Under the pieces are notes generated by a model. It saw only the letters and a program-made list of their open reading frames with translations. It was not told the DNA's origin and ran no database searches. 64,000 bases of DNA from Bispira polyomma (Eukaryota). A program made the position numbers and the translations under genes. Shown piece after piece: positions 1 to 12,960 of the stretch. Location: assembly GCA_965649765.1 (NCBI GenBank), contig OZ287751.1, positions 46,686,001 through 46,750,000 of the forward strand, written 5' to 3'. The stretch's first letter is position 1. Every line of letters begins with the position of its first letter.

Positions 1-685
1 AGTATAAATTTTATGTGGCATGGAGTGGTTTGAGAAATCATTACCAGAATTAGACATAAATAAAATAAAATTCATATATTTCCAGTCATAATACCAGATT
101 GTAGATTAACAGTAGTTCAGTATAAAACTCGGCAAGGTGAAGTGAAGTCTTAAGTTAAGAAATGGACCAAATAAATTAATATAAAACCTAAGGTGGTGAA
201 AGGACATCATAATAATTTAGAGTCCAAGCTTTCCAGAGATACCAAAAACGGTCGCCTAGAACGCTGACAACCCCCTAAACACCCTTGCATATTAATAGTG
301 TGGATAATTATAAGTTGAAAGGATAGAGCTTAATACCAGTAGTACGTGTACAAGTAGTCAAAAACTTAAATAGATGTTGATTGCTGGTTGTAGTAATTTT
401 CTGATTAGTTAGCAGTCAATTAAATGCATATGTACCAAATTTGCAGTATGGTGTTCCAATGTAACTTTGGCGTATTAAACTACGTACTGCAGGTGACGTT
501 TTCACTCAGTATTACACAATATTATAGACAATTTAAAGACTTTATTGTTACAAGATTTATCGCTGAATAATCATTTGTGTATTGACCCAGTAATAATATG
601 AAATAGTGAACTTTTAATGTAGCTAACGATAATTTGCGCCGAAGTTATATATGCGCTAAAGTTACATAAAACAACACTACTATGA

Positions 686-717
686 ATCTGATCTTACTAA
701 TATTAGTAAGATCAGAT
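686..717. repeat. Perfect 32-bp palindrome (atctgatcttactaat|attagtaagatcagat)
   Basis: The second 16 nt are the exact reverse complement of the first 16 nt, with no loop. Confidence 0.95.
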
Positions 718-995
718 AAGTGACAATACACTTTTATAAAAATAAGTTTAGTGGTTACTAGGACTCATTAATGAATAGGATCTACACATTCACAAGAAAT
801 AAACATGTGAATTACATGTGTATATGAAAAAAATACTTTGCTTTTTGTCACGTCTTTTTTGCATCATCGTTCCTTCCATTTTCCCTAAAAAAATGTAATA
901 CTTTTAGCATATTCATGAAGTTTAACACTTAAGCAATATTTTATTTTAAAAAATGAATAGACACAATATTGGACAAACGTCTTGGTCCTGGGTCT

Positions 996-1208
996 GGGTC
1001 CCACTGCCCCCCTCAGTCCTCTTTATATAAAAATGGGTCCCACTACCCGTCCTCAGTCCTCTTTAAATACAGATGGCTTCCCACTACCCGTCCTCAGTCC
1101 TCTTTATAAAAAGGTGGGTCCAACTGCCCGTCCTCAGTCCTCTTAATATAGAGTGGGTCTCTCAACCCATCTCAATCCTCTTAAATATAATTTGGGTCCC
1201 ACTACCCA
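996..1208. repeat. Minisatellite, about 6 copies of a ~40-bp unit (gggtcccactacccgtcctcagtcctctttatataaaaat-like)
   Basis: Units start near 996, 1035, 1075, 1116, 1155 and 1194. Confidence 0.9.
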
Positions 1209-1526
1209 TAGTCAGTACATACAACATATAATTAGCAGCAGTATTATCGCTATAACAAGCATTATAACATAACAAGCATTATTATATCTTATAATTTTTG
1301 GAAAATGAAGAATATTGCCCAACCTACCTTCAACACAAGGGAATATACATTTACTCTCTGAAATAGATATAAAAATAAGGATGAATGATCATTAACCACA
1401 CAACTAGTGTAACTATCCAAACACGTGAGATTCACAAATAATTAATGATCGAATTTGTGAGTGGATTGGACTGGATTCGGATAACGCCCTGCAAAACTAC
1501 CCTGGGTGTTATACTAGTGATTCCTC

Positions 1527-1557
<31 letters not shown>

Positions 1558-1699
1558 AAAAAAATAAAATAAAATAAAAAAAAAAAAATAATAATAATTG
1601 TTTAACTGGATGTATCTATGTGAATATTTCGCCTAAAACATTTGTTTTGGTATTGTTAGAAAGTTCTTATGTACAATTTAATACAAATAAATGGTTTTG

Positions 1700-1960
1700 A
1701 GTAATTCCGGGCGATTTTGTTCTAGTTAAAGGTTGGAGACAAAAAAACACAATTAAATTTGACTTATATTGATAACTACAAAACACAAAAACATATGACT
1801 TGGGCTATTTTGTCCAAGTTATAGGCTGGAGACAAAAATACAATTAATTTTGATTTGTATAAAGAACTTCAGGTTTATCACCAAAACATATGACCAGGGT
1901 AAGGTTTTAAATATTTTCCTAAAACCGATAAGTTTGTCTGATGATCTGAGGTCGACTGGA
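1700..1960 (+). repeat. Dispersed repeat fragment (ggttggagacaaaaa...aattaaatttga units), same family as 45460-45680
   Basis: Shared motifs 'ttttgtccaagt..taggttggagacaaaaa' at both loci. Confidence 0.6.
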
Positions 1961-2722
1961 AGACTGGTAACCTTCATTCTGATGACTGCTATATTAAACA
2001 ATTTTGGCTTATACAGTGCAAATTTAAAAAACAATATCAAGACAATTATCCCAAACTACATAATAAGAGCTTTCTGTTGATACCAAAACGAATATTTTAG
2101 GTGAAGTATTTATATAGATACATCCATTAAATCAATTGGTCCAGTAAACTGTGTATTAAACAAATATCAAATTACCGCCCTACTGCAGGATTTAATTGTC
2201 TAAGATATAGTACCAACCATAGTAGCCCGTTATAAAAAAACCCGTACCTCACAACATGACCTGAGGTATCGCTTTAATGGTGCAGCAGTTACATTGTAGT
2301 TTGGCGGTTACTGGTTTGGTAGTTTAGCTAACTACATCTGTGAATACATCCACTTGATGTGTTAACTTTTACAGTAAAAATAGAACGTTAAATGCATGTA
2401 ACCGATCCGATCCCACTATTTACACACAGTGCTTATCCATTATTATTGGTTAGAATCGCTTTGATGTGCTTGTGCATTGGTTTATTTTGTGCAAATCAAG
2501 GTGCTACAATTGTAACAATATTAACATGTTTGACTGTTTAAGTTATACTTGCCTAAAACTGTGTAAACTGAAAATAGCTTTCATTTCTTTATTATGACCA
2601 TGCTATAATACTAAATAAAAGTCATTCAGTAAGTCTTTCGTTATGTGCAACATAATGAAAGAGAACAAACTTGTTCCAGAATTTTTTGTTTTTGCTGAGT
2701 TAAATGTTGTTTCTACTATGTT

Positions 2723-2925
2723 CACAGTTCACTTGGTAAAGGTCAATAAAATGTCAAGTGAGAAAGTATGAGATAAAGTGATGTAATTTCTAAAGATAAT
2801 AAAACTAATGTTTGAGGAATTTATTTCTCTGTACATGTTAGTTGATATATTTATTATATTTACAGGTAGGATTAAAAGTTGGTAAAAGGGTTTACCCAGA
2901 TTTTTAAAAGCACCCAACATACCAA
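2723..2925 (-). repeat. Ngaro split direct repeat B2 (element 3' terminus)
   Basis: Direct copy of 3978-4188. Confidence 0.9.
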
Positions 2926-3484
2926 TCAGCAAGTCAAACAACTATGCAAACAACAAGCAGTTTACTTGGAAAACCAACTAACTGAATAGACTAGAATTAA
3001 ACCAGTCAATAATTATAGAAAATAGTACCCTATGACCATTTCTAACATAGCCAAACATCATTACAACAGTACATTCTAAAACATTTAAAAAAAAAAATTA
3101 AGTTTCATATATCATTATATATACACAACAATCAGCAAGGCAGTCTTTGTTTTTACTTGAAACCAACTAACTGAATGGATCAGGATTAAGGCAGTTCACG
3201 TTATAGAAAATCAGTCTTCTACAACCCTCTCTAACACAAATAAGCATTAATATTACCTCCTAAACACGAAGCTATTTTTAGTCGTATTATGTCAGCCTTT
3301 CCCTTATTATCGTTCATTTGTAACGAATTGAGAATTTCTGAACACTTTTACTTCCTTTCTAAGTGTGTGTACACCCTATGCACTTCTGCTATAGTAAACT
3401 TTTGTCTGCATGAAATAAGCTAGTCCATGATAAACAATTGGATTCGCAATACCTTATGACAAGTTATAACCATCTCCAAAGAAA

Positions 3485-3642
3485 CCACCTCCGAGGTTGG
3501 AATCCAGGTCCTACGGCACCTAATCGCCTAGCAATAAAGGTTCCCAACTGCAGAGCTTTCATCCCTGGTAGCCCACACCAGGGGGTAGTTGCAAGCTGAG
3601 AACCAGTATCACACGGACCAGGGTTCAAATCCGAGGAGGTGG
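3485..3642 (+). ncRNA. Putative long rod-like structured RNA or DNA hairpin between A2 and B2
   Basis: Nested stems ccacctcc/ggaggtgg, ggtcc/ggacc, ggttc/gaacc and ccctggt/accaggg; tandem GA/AG mismatch; B-box-like gggttcaaatcc at 3621-3632. Confidence 0.45.
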
Positions 3643-3772
3643 CATGCGAGTTATCTAGGTTAATTAATGTAAGCAAGGTGGCTAAGCCTAATGTGGTATA
3701 ACAACATTTGGTAAAATGACCTGGTTAGGTCCTGAAAATTTCCTTAAGCTGTGGTAAGGGGAGGGGGTGGGA

Positions 3773-3906
3773 AATTGTCTGTGTTTCCAGTTGGGGTTCC
3801 TTTTTAAAAAGGCAGAGGTGATCCCACATAAAGTAGCATGCTTGCTATGTCACACATTTAATTGACTGAGGGTTTCTGGGGGATGGCCCGATATAGTGAT
3901 GTAATC
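3773..3906 (-). repeat. Ngaro split direct repeat A2
   Basis: Direct copy of 8755-8888. Confidence 0.9.
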
Positions 3907-3977
3907 TGCCCCCAGAGATTAAGGTAGATGCTTTACTAGTAAACTGAACCAGCAGACCCCTATTGCGTCGTGCTCTG

Positions 3978-4188
3978 CACAGTTCACTTGGTAAAGGTCA
4001 AAAAAAGGTCAAGTGAGAAAGTATGGAATAAAGTGATGTAATTTTTAAAGATAATAAAACTAATGTTTGAGGAATTTATTTCTCTGTACATGTTAGTTGA
4101 TATATTTTATTATATTTACAGGTAGAGTTTAAAGTAATTAAAAGGGTTTTAAAATATACGGAGATTTTTAAAAGCACCCATGCCAAAC
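3978..4188 (-). repeat. Ngaro split direct repeat B1 (overlaps the YR 3' end)
   Basis: Direct copy of 2723-2925 (cacagttcacttggtaaaggtcaa...aaaagcaccca). Confidence 0.9.
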
Positions 4189-5040
4189 TAAGACGTAGAG
4201 GGGATGGAGGATGCAAAAAGTGAGTGGGATTGCAGAGGTAGCTTGAGAATTTTTATGTAAGTAGGACCACACGGCTGATGATCGCCATAGCCCGTGGGCC
4301 ATTATATTCTGCAATAACACGTTATTATTAAAGGCAAATGTAGCCCCAGACCTTTTAAAGGTATGGAAGCTGTGTGAATGCAAGGGGATGCCTATATGTT
4401 GTAAAACTGAATTTAATGCAAATCTTACATGTGATTCAACAATTATGTTGTGTGGTTGGTGTCTACTAACAAAGAGAGGTTTATGTTCCTCAAGTAGTCT
4501 GGATGCCATTAAGTTCTGCAAGGCCTTAACTGGACATAAAATGGGATTCTCAAAGATGGGAACTTGTATGATATGGGTTTCAGATCTGTTTTGCAAAATC
4601 TGGGGCTATGTTAGAGATTCGCAAGAAACCAAAAAAAGACAGTAGAAATATGGCTCTAAAAAGCACGGGGTCCTCCCAAATTTCACAAGCTTTTGATATG
4701 AGGGACACGTGATGTATTTCAAAGATTCCTTTTTGGGTTTTGGTCTAAAAGAAGTGAAGTGAGCTAAGCTCCTTGTAAACATGGATACTATGTTATTCTC
4801 AAAAATACTAACATTCCAATATAACTTCTTGGTCATGTGTTTTATGGCTGCAGTATAATTGTTTATCATGCTTGGTGAAGAGCCATTCTAAACCAAATAT
4901 TCAAGAAAAGCTATGAATGCATGAGTGTTAACAGTTTGAATTCCCGCAGAGTACATAAATGATATAAAAGTTCTGAATTGGTTATTGTAGGTGGCTGTGG
5001 TCTTTGGTCTTAATGCAGAGTTGACTCTCCGCCAGGCTAA
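4168..5040 (-). pseudogene. Tyrosine recombinase of the Ngaro element (frameshifted)
   Basis: ORFs 4606-4869 and 4168-4596 with LCPVKAL, HSFHTFKRSGAT and HGLWRS..Y motifs. Confidence 0.9.
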
Positions 5041-5289
5041 ATCAGTGAAGTTCTGTGTGACGTGATTTGAACCTGAAATTAAATATCAAGGTCCAAATTA
5101 AAGTATTGTAGTGGTATATTGTGCCATTCACATGTGTTCCTAAGTATGCTAAGCTGACTCCCCTGTGGAGGTTGATCTGAAAACAATCTCGACAATAAGT
5201 CGGAAATAACATTTTCCTTACCCGTAATATGTTAAACTTCAAGGGTTATGTCATATGCAGCTGATCATAACCAAATATTTCTAAGGCAT

Positions 5290-6600
5290 AAAGCCAAAAA
5301 TTTATCCTTAGTTTTATTAGACTTTACTACCAGGACAACTGCCATGTTGACAACTGCCATGCATTTTAATTTTGTTGTGTCTCCACTGCTCACCCCAGAC
5401 TCGCAATGCTATCAGTATGTTTAACATTTCTATGTGTACTATGGATAACGGGTGTCCATATATATTAAATAATGGAGTGGCGTATACTTGGTTACCAAAT
5501 GCTGCACCTAAACCAGTAAGACATGCATCTATGTATACTTCGTTTCCGAAAGTGACAGTCAACGGATGAATATAAGTTACACCATTATAAGAGTGTAAGT
5601 ACTTTACAAACCAAGAAAGATCCGCCTTGATGTCTTGTGTGATATATATTTGTTTCGCCTGGCTGTTATCTCAGAAAGCTATAAGTAGTCTAATTATAAA
5701 TATACGTGCTGACAAGTAATTTTTGAGTTAGGTTTGCTAATTTTTTCCGGATTAAGAGGTAAACCAAGAGAAGTGACTAATTGATATAGTTCTGTAAATG
5801 CTTGATCTGCTTCCGTTTCTGTCGAGACCCCGACCTAATCGTCAATATAACAAAATATTGTGTGTTTGCATTTGACCATAGTGTAGGCCACCACGTCAGA
5901 ACAACGCTGAAAAGCCGCCGAACCATGGACCCATCCAAATGCGACCGCAGGATCAATATACTTCTTATCTTGAAAACAGATTCCTAATTTAACAGCATCA
6001 ACTGGATCAACTCTTAAGTTTCGAAATGCACGAGCAACGTCTGGCGTTAGGTGTATTACCAATTTTCTCTACTATGTCGTCAATAGTTGGAAATGTAAGG
6101 ACAAAATCGACTCTATCAAATTTATTTCTATCAACATTATTGTTAAGCGTGTCCCCTCTGGGGTGAGAAAGATTAAGTATAACGCGCCGTTTGGTGTTAT
6201 CTTTAGGTCTGGTGAGCAATGGAGAACTGTGAAATAAGTCATTAGCAATTTCTTGAATAGGGCCCAGCATTGTACCACATTGCTTTTCCTTTTCTATATA
6301 TTGACTTATGGCTGGCATGTGTTGGAGGGCAGAATGGTGATTAGTTACTACCTTAACTTTAAGTCATTGCCTCTTGACTGGAATGGGCTACCATAGCCTT
6401 GTTTTGAAATTTGTTTTCTATCTGGGCAACGAGGGTTATATATCTGTAACTTGTTTCTAAAACGACAATTTCGCCTATTGGCTTGTCTTGACATTTATAG
6501 TAACAACCCTTCTGGCCCATAAGGCCATTTCCCATCACATAAAAACCTGACAGTTCATTGCTCTGCATAAACAAAACAGGCAATGTTGTCTGACAATTTG
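5290..6600 (-). pseudogene. Reverse transcriptase-RNase H of the Ngaro element (fragmented)
   Basis: SPLLTRPK..RRVILNLSHP, DVARAFRNL, FGWVHGSAAFQR, YIDD and DACLTGLG motifs in successive frames. Confidence 0.9.
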
Positions 6601-7250
6601 GAATAAAGTATAACCAGTTAGTTACAGATATCATGACTCTCATCTGTGTACTAGTAGTACTGCCCCTAATGTGGGTGTCAGTGATATTTAACCTTCTGTT
6701 AAACTCGACCCTCCCCAAATCATTTGGAGTATAATCACTGACATAAACGTTGCCATCAATACATGTATTTTCGAAGTAATAGCTGCCTGTATATTATGTG
6801 TATTATGTGCAAGTGTATTATATGCATTCACAGTACAGCTAGTACTGACATTCAATTTGGTATTATTAGTCAATATACCAGTATTATATACTCGAGGTAC
6901 CTGTACTGGTTCTCTATATGTATCAGCTGGCATAATGCCCACGTTATCATTCTTGACCTTTCCGTTATGGGGATTATTAGAACCAAGGTGTCTATCAGCA
7001 CACCCAGTGTCACTTACATATTCACTGTTAAAATTAAAATTTATACTATTTAATTTTATACTTTCATGCAAAAATCTCTGAATGTTTTTATCATTTCCTT
7101 TACAACTATTGACTTGACATGCATTACTTAAAATATCTGATTTATTACTTTTTACTACTATTTTAGTTTTGAGTTCACTGACTGCCCCACTACCTGGTAG
7201 CTGGTCAACGTCCTATTGGTCCTATTGGTTTCAGAATCCGTCTGCTTAAC

Positions 7251-8631
7251 CTAGTTTGACCTATAGCATTTGAACTCGAGGTGATACACGTCTTTATGTA
7301 GGACTGTTGCACAATGCCAACACACGTGCTTAAACTTATCGTGGTCCGTTTTGTGCACACACTTGCCGGAGTTGTATAATTTGCAGATGATCTTTGTGCC
7401 GTTGTGACTTGACGAAGAAGTGAACGAAGGTCCTGCTCCCTTGGAATTTAGCATTGCTAGTTGTGATGCACTTATGAGTTTCAATGCCCACTGGGTCGTG
7501 TCGCCCCAGGAGAGATGCCTTCCTCGACCTCAGCCCAAGCTGTGCGAACCACATCCCATGGCAGGGAAGCTGTGTCCCTGAGAGCTAGTATAACTTGCTG
7601 AATGACTTTGCGTGAAGTTACAGGATCTGATATTTGCAACGCAATCGCCAGTTGGCCGGATGCTCACTGTGGTAGCGAGAGGTCATAAAAAAGTTGGCGT
7701 TTCTTCGCCAACCCGCCTGTCCAACCCTCGTTGGCCCATCTAATTTTTGGATTTTTGGTGGGAATGTCCATCTCGTTAAACCGACCGACTTTTGTCGAAG
7801 GGTCTTATCTTGATTAAAGGTCGCCTGAGCTTGAAGACTGTACTGCGCCAAGCGCTGGTTTACCATTGTCTGATCGTCAGGCATGGCTTTCAACGTCTCT
7901 GTCTGAGGTACGATGCCTTCTCTAGCATAGTCGTTGCCGAGGAGTGGGCCAAGAACTGGCTGTGTGACAGGTACTGGGTACTGAAGCAATCTGCTCTACT
8001 CGAGGCGCGTGTAGTACTGGTGATGCCGACTGTGTGGTTGTTGTGTCCCTGGACTCGTTAGTTTTTTGGGTTTTTTTTAATTCGGATATTTAACATCCAC
8101 TCTAGTACCTGTTTAGGTTATATTGGGACGGGCAGTTGGAAACGCTGGAGGAAACACTGCATACAGTTGATCAAGGTTCTGCACTGAAACCAGCGGCCCA
8201 CAATAAGGAACTACCACCTTTCCCACATAGGCATAGACGGGATTCGAACTCATGCCCCCCAGAGGTGAGCGACCAGTGATTGTGAAGCGCAATGCTTGCT
8301 AACCACTAGGCTACCATGGCCCCCCTAAACGCTGTTAGAGTGAAGCGTTGGATTGTTCCAATTTTCTTAAGATGGCTAGCATTTCCCCGTCATCTGCCCC
8401 GCTTGGCCTCGGAAGGTGGTGAAATGAACGATGACCGAAGTTAGTGAGACCCTGACTAACAGCAGGGAAAGAATAATCTGAACTGGCGCGGTCAAATGGG
8501 CCCGACAAGTCTGTAACAATATTATCATATGATACCTGACCACCTTTCTTTGTTAAAGACTGTTTCTTGGTCGACTGTCTGGCTTTTGTCAATTTCACCT
8601 CAGAAGCTGGTGTTTTCTTTGTTCTGCCCAT
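7251..8631 (-). pseudogene. gag-like ORF1 of the Ngaro element, interrupted by a SINE
   Basis: Basic N-terminus MGRTKK..., C-terminal CKLYNSGKC..H..HVCWHC..H..C zinc-finger cluster, upstream of RT. Confidence 0.7.
8062..8325 (-). mobile_element. tRNA-derived SINE
   Basis: Minus strand has A-box-like tagcctagtgg, B-box gagttcgaatcc and an A-rich tail; a clear homologue lies at 10672-10923. Confidence 0.9.
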
Positions 8632-8754
8632 TTTTTAAATTATACACATATGAAACACGTAAAATACATTATAATGTATAAACAAACAAAATATAAAAAA
8701 CTAAAAGACTAAAAGTAAGGAACCACCACGCTATCATGTACAGTAGCTTTAATC

Positions 8755-8888
8755 AATTGTCCGTGTTTCCAGTTGGAGTTCCTTTTCAAAATGGCAGAGG
8801 TGACCCCACATAAAGTAGCATGCTTGCTATATCACGCATTTGATTGGCTGAGGGTTTCTGGGGGATGGCCAGATATAGTGATGTAATC
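8755..8888 (-). repeat. Ngaro split direct repeat A1
   Basis: Near-identical to 3773-3906 (gtgtttccagttgg...gatatagtgatgtaatc). Confidence 0.9.
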
Positions 8889-9109
8889 GTCGTTGTTATA
8901 ACTATAGACATGTTAACAATCCAAGGGCATGATTCGAAGTGCTTGCCAAGATAACCCAATTATGGAAGGAGTAAGGCTTCGAAAGCTCAAGAAAGTTTAT
9001 ATTTGTATATGCTCTTGTGTTCAACTTTGTTTTTAACAAAACGTTTTATACTTGCGAAGATAACCCAATTAGACTTGCTTGATATATATACTGTAATTAC
9101 TATTATCCC

Positions 9110-10490
9110 CATAATCGTAGATATACTTGGAGAAAACGAAACCCTCTAAGTGAAGCCAGATTTATTTTTTTTATTGACTGATAGATATAGTTCTTAAATG
9201 TGACATTAAAGATGCTATAGGTCCGATCACTCAATTATCAATCTAGAGATCATATTAAATAACTTTGACCATTGGTAAAGGCATATGGAAATTTAATACC
9301 TACTTAAAAACATGAATTTATTTGATCAAGAAAGTTATAGAAGAAGAAACCACAAAATATGCAGTCCCTGTTTACAATCAGCTGTATATTAAGAACAATT
9401 TTCAACAAAATACAATATTCACAGTGGACGACGACAGTTTTGTTGAGATGCCTGTCCTCAGAATAAGAGGTGAAACCATCAAATTTGCTTCAATATTAGA
9501 AACTAACTAGGGTCAGATGTTTAATAAAATGTTGGCGACTTGTATCTTTATTGGGTGTAGTATATCAGTTGGCTTCAGGAGTATTAGAAAACAGATTTTT
9601 AAAGTCTTGACACAGTCATTTCTAAAACACAAACAGATTTTATTGCGGGTAGGCAAATAAGTGACAGCAAATCGATTTGAATATAATATTATGCATACTG
9701 CAGAAAATAAAAATAAATGTCTTTTAATGCTTATTTATTTTGGAACAGCTTTTGACTCGGTTTCTTAGAATTTTTTTGTGATACTCTTTTTTTTTTGGCG
9801 GGGGGTGGGGGTGGGGAGGGGGGTAGGTTTGTAAAAATTTAATCCCCTGGATACAAGTATTTAATAATAACATAAACGCTAATGTTTAACAATGTGAAAA
9901 TTTGATAATCTGACATTAGGTAGCAGTAGTGGTCTAAATGTTTATTGAGAAAAGTAACAAACCTCTTTTGGGTTAAAGTTTATTATTACGTTAAAAGTTA
10001 ACCGTAAACTCAAATTTGGAAATTATGCGATGCTGCCTTTAGTACAATATGCATATTTCAAAAGAACCATTATATTTTCCTGGTTTGAATAGAAAGGGAA
10101 CCTCACAAATCGGTGATAGTGTTGACAATAAAGGGCAAGTAACGAAAAATGAAACTCTGAAAGATAAATATAATCTAAATATTAAGATTTTAGATAATCA
10201 AAGCGGAAGTTAAGAATATATTAAAAAATCAAGCAATGGAATGGTTCTATTGCATTTTTCAAGCAAGTTACTGTTTTACTTGAGAATATTCTTCACATCC
10301 AAAGCAAGATGCATAGACTATATCTGATATACCAGAAAGAAAATATACTTCCATCTCTTTGTAAGACAAAATGGGCAGACTTAGCTGATGCAGCAATATA
10401 AAAGATGTTTGGATTAATATTTTCAAAGCATGGTTTAGATTAGTTCGAGGTAATAAGTATATTTTGCTTTCAATATCAGATCCTTTTTAA
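9110..10490 (+). pseudogene. Highly decayed L1/Tx1-like LINE ORF2 fragments
   Basis: Remnants of the endonuclease end (SDHS-like, GIWKFN), 'LRIRGETIKFAS' and RT-like 'TAFDSVS' in broken frames. Confidence 0.6.
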
Positions 10491-10603
10491 TATTTTAGAT
10501 ACCAAAAAATATTTCTGATGATAAAAACTATCACTTTTGTAACAGTCATACTCCTTTCCCACCCCCTAGAGATCAAGATCTGAATGAGGCAAACATTGGG
10601 CTT

Positions 10604-11095
10604 TAACTTTTTATTCTTAGCTTTTATATATACATTTTTTTTAAACATTAATACTGTAAAATACTTCTTTGAATTTGAATTGGGATATTTAACGTCCACT
10701 CTAGTACCTGTTTAGATTATATTGGGACGGGTTGTTGGAAACACTGGAGGAAACACGGCATACAGTTGATCAAGGTTCTGCACTGAAACCAGCGGCCCAC
10801 AGTAAGGAACTACCACCTGCCCAACATAGGCATCGACGGGAGTCTAACTCAAGCCGCCAAGAGGTGAGATACCCATGATTGTGAAGCGTAATGGTTGCTA
10901 ACCACTAGGCCACCGTGACCCCATAAAATACTTCTTTGTAATACTACTGTAAACATTAATACTGTAAAATACTTATTCAAGATATTATTATAAATTTTAA
11001 TGGAAAGCACGTCACAATGCGCTCCTGGGGCATTAGCCCAGTGAATAAAAGTAGTATGTATATAGCGCCTACTTATAATGCGCTTCGTTAATTTT
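10604..11095 (+). repeat. Dispersed AT-rich repeat (host of the SINE); SINE-free paralogue at 18362-18642
   Basis: Shared aactttttattct..., taatactgtaaaatactt subrepeats and cacaatgcgctcctgggg. Confidence 0.8.
10672..10923 (-). mobile_element. tRNA-derived SINE with 15-bp TSD
   Basis: TSD taaaatacttctttg at 10657-10671 and 10924-10938; same family as 8062-8325. Confidence 0.92.
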
Positions 11096-12348
11096 GAATT
11101 TATTATTAATTGAGAGCCTGTACTGGCTAACACAGTTTTTAATCATAGTAATCACCAAGATCACTCAGATTGTACCAAGAGTATATAATTATAAAAACAT
11201 ATTATGTCCAGTGTAACAGGAAACCACCCTTTTAAAATACATTCTAAGATTATATACAAAGAATTTGTGTATACTTTAAAAATAATATGACATGCAAAAA
11301 CAAGTAGTTATTATAAAGTGGCTGTTTCACTATCCCAATAATAGCTCCCAACCATTCGAATTGTAGAATCGGGAGCAAATCAGGAGGACAATTGGGACAC
11401 TCGGGGAGTTGGTCCCAACTTATTGGGGTCAATCGGGACACTCGCGGTCACTCATGCAAAATAACTAACATGTTAGAAAACCTCTACGATTTGATGATAT
11501 GCGGCTGATAGGTCGGGGTCGATCGGGGTCAATCGTAAGCTGCTAATGAATTATTTTAACCTTATAACATCCTATCTTTCCGATCGACATCGAAATCGGG
11601 AGAATAAATTAGCCATTTTAATCGTCCAATAACTCCCAATAAATTGCAAAAAACCCGGACTGTAAAAATAAATCATTATCAAGTTCCCGATTGTAAAGAT
11701 AACCCGGGAGAAGCGGCCGATAAGTCATTAGGAAACCCTGACAGTAAAGATAGGCATCAATCGTAAGCTGTTAAAGATTTATCTTGACCTTATAACGACC
11801 TATCTTTCCGATCGGCATCTAAATCGGGGGTAAAATTTACCATTTTGAAAAAGATTAATCGCCCAATCCTTACCGATAGGCCGAAAGCGCCCTTCACATT
11901 CGTCAGGAACATTACAAGTTATTGTTTTCTTCTCCTGAGTTATCCTGTCAAATGTTAAGGATAGGTCTTTAGAAATGCCCAGAGTGTAAAGATAACTCGG
12001 GAATGTCATAAAGATAAGTCGTTACCAACTTCCCGATTGTAAAGATAACTCGAGAGAAGCGGCTGATAAGTCGTTAGGAAGCCCCGACTGTAAAGATAAC
12101 TCGGGAGGATTAACTATAGGTCTGGCGGGACAAAGGATAACTTGGGAAAGAAAACGATGACTCGGGAAACAATGGGGGACGGAAGCGGACTGTATAAAAG
12201 GAACAAAGCACACTCGTTTTTAATCAGAATCATCCCAGCATTCAGAGAGTCAACATCTACTTGCAATTTTTATGTTAAATGATTACAACAGGCTTTTATT
12301 TTTTTATTATAAAGAATAAGTGAGACTAGTTACATGAATATTGCAATT

Positions 12349-12930
12349 ATGCCAGGAAAAAGGAGAGTTACAAAGAAAAGGAAGGTACAGCCAAGCCAGG
12401 AGGAGGAGAGGGAGTTTGAAGGCAAGGATACAGAGATTATTCCAGATACACAGCAGTCATCTGAGATCCCACAATTTTCACAACAGTTGAACCGGCCTAC
12501 TCTGAATTTAGTTGAAATGGAGTACACCCAGGAGACCCAGGATACTCAGGATACCCAGCATAGTAGGGATACCCGGACAGTGAGGTGCCGGCTTTCAATA
12601 GGAAACAGAAGAAGGGGAAGATGAAGACTGTGTTGTTAACCGATGAGCAGAAGGAGGCTGTAGTGGACTTTCTGAAGGAACATGAGTGGCTCTACAATAA
12701 GCGCGATCCACTGTATAAAGACACTCAGAGGAAGAACATGCTGTGGGAGTCATACTGCTCAAGCAAGGGATTGGACTACGTAGGAGTCATGAAGTGGTTT
12801 AAATCCCAGAGGACTATCTTTGGCAAGCTGAGTGGGCCCAAGTCTGGCCAAGCTGCCCCAGTATTGAACCGAGTGACAGCAGTGGGTGAAGACCAACTTT
12901 ACATTCCTCAAGCTACATATTAGACGCCAG
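12349..12930 (+). pseudogene. Harbinger Myb/SANT-like (MADF) DNA-binding protein, frameshifted and 3'-truncated
   Basis: VDFLKEHEWLYNKRDPLYKD..KNMLWE..KWFKSQRTIFGKL MADF signature; TATA-like tataaaa near 12193. Confidence 0.85.
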
Positions 12931-12960
12931 CTCAACAAGTCCTCTTTCTTTCTTTTCAGG

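Larger units (their letters stand above)
2723..8888 (-). mobile_element. Ngaro-type (DIRS order) tyrosine-recombinase retrotransposon with split direct repeats A1-gag-RT/RNaseH-YR-B1-A2-B2; degenerate
   Basis: Minus-strand order is gag-like, RT (FCYIDD), RNase H (YIDACLTGLGA..HIEMLNIL), YR (HTFKRSGAT..HGLWRSSAVWSY). Repeat A lies at 8755-8888 and 3773-3906; repeat B at 3978-4188 and 2723-2925. Many stops and frameshifts. Confidence 0.9.

Noticed and set aside
996-1208. CRISPR-like regular repeat
   Set aside because: The inter-repeat segments are short and similar to one another, there are no cas genes and the context is eukaryotic; it is a minisatellite
1523-1597. Poly-C followed by an A-rich run
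   Set aside because: Simple low-complexity tract; no TSD or parent element identified
8240-8325. tRNA-like sequence (also 10840-10923)
   Set aside because: It is the head of a multi-copy SINE with tail (and TSD in the second copy); no proper acceptor stem
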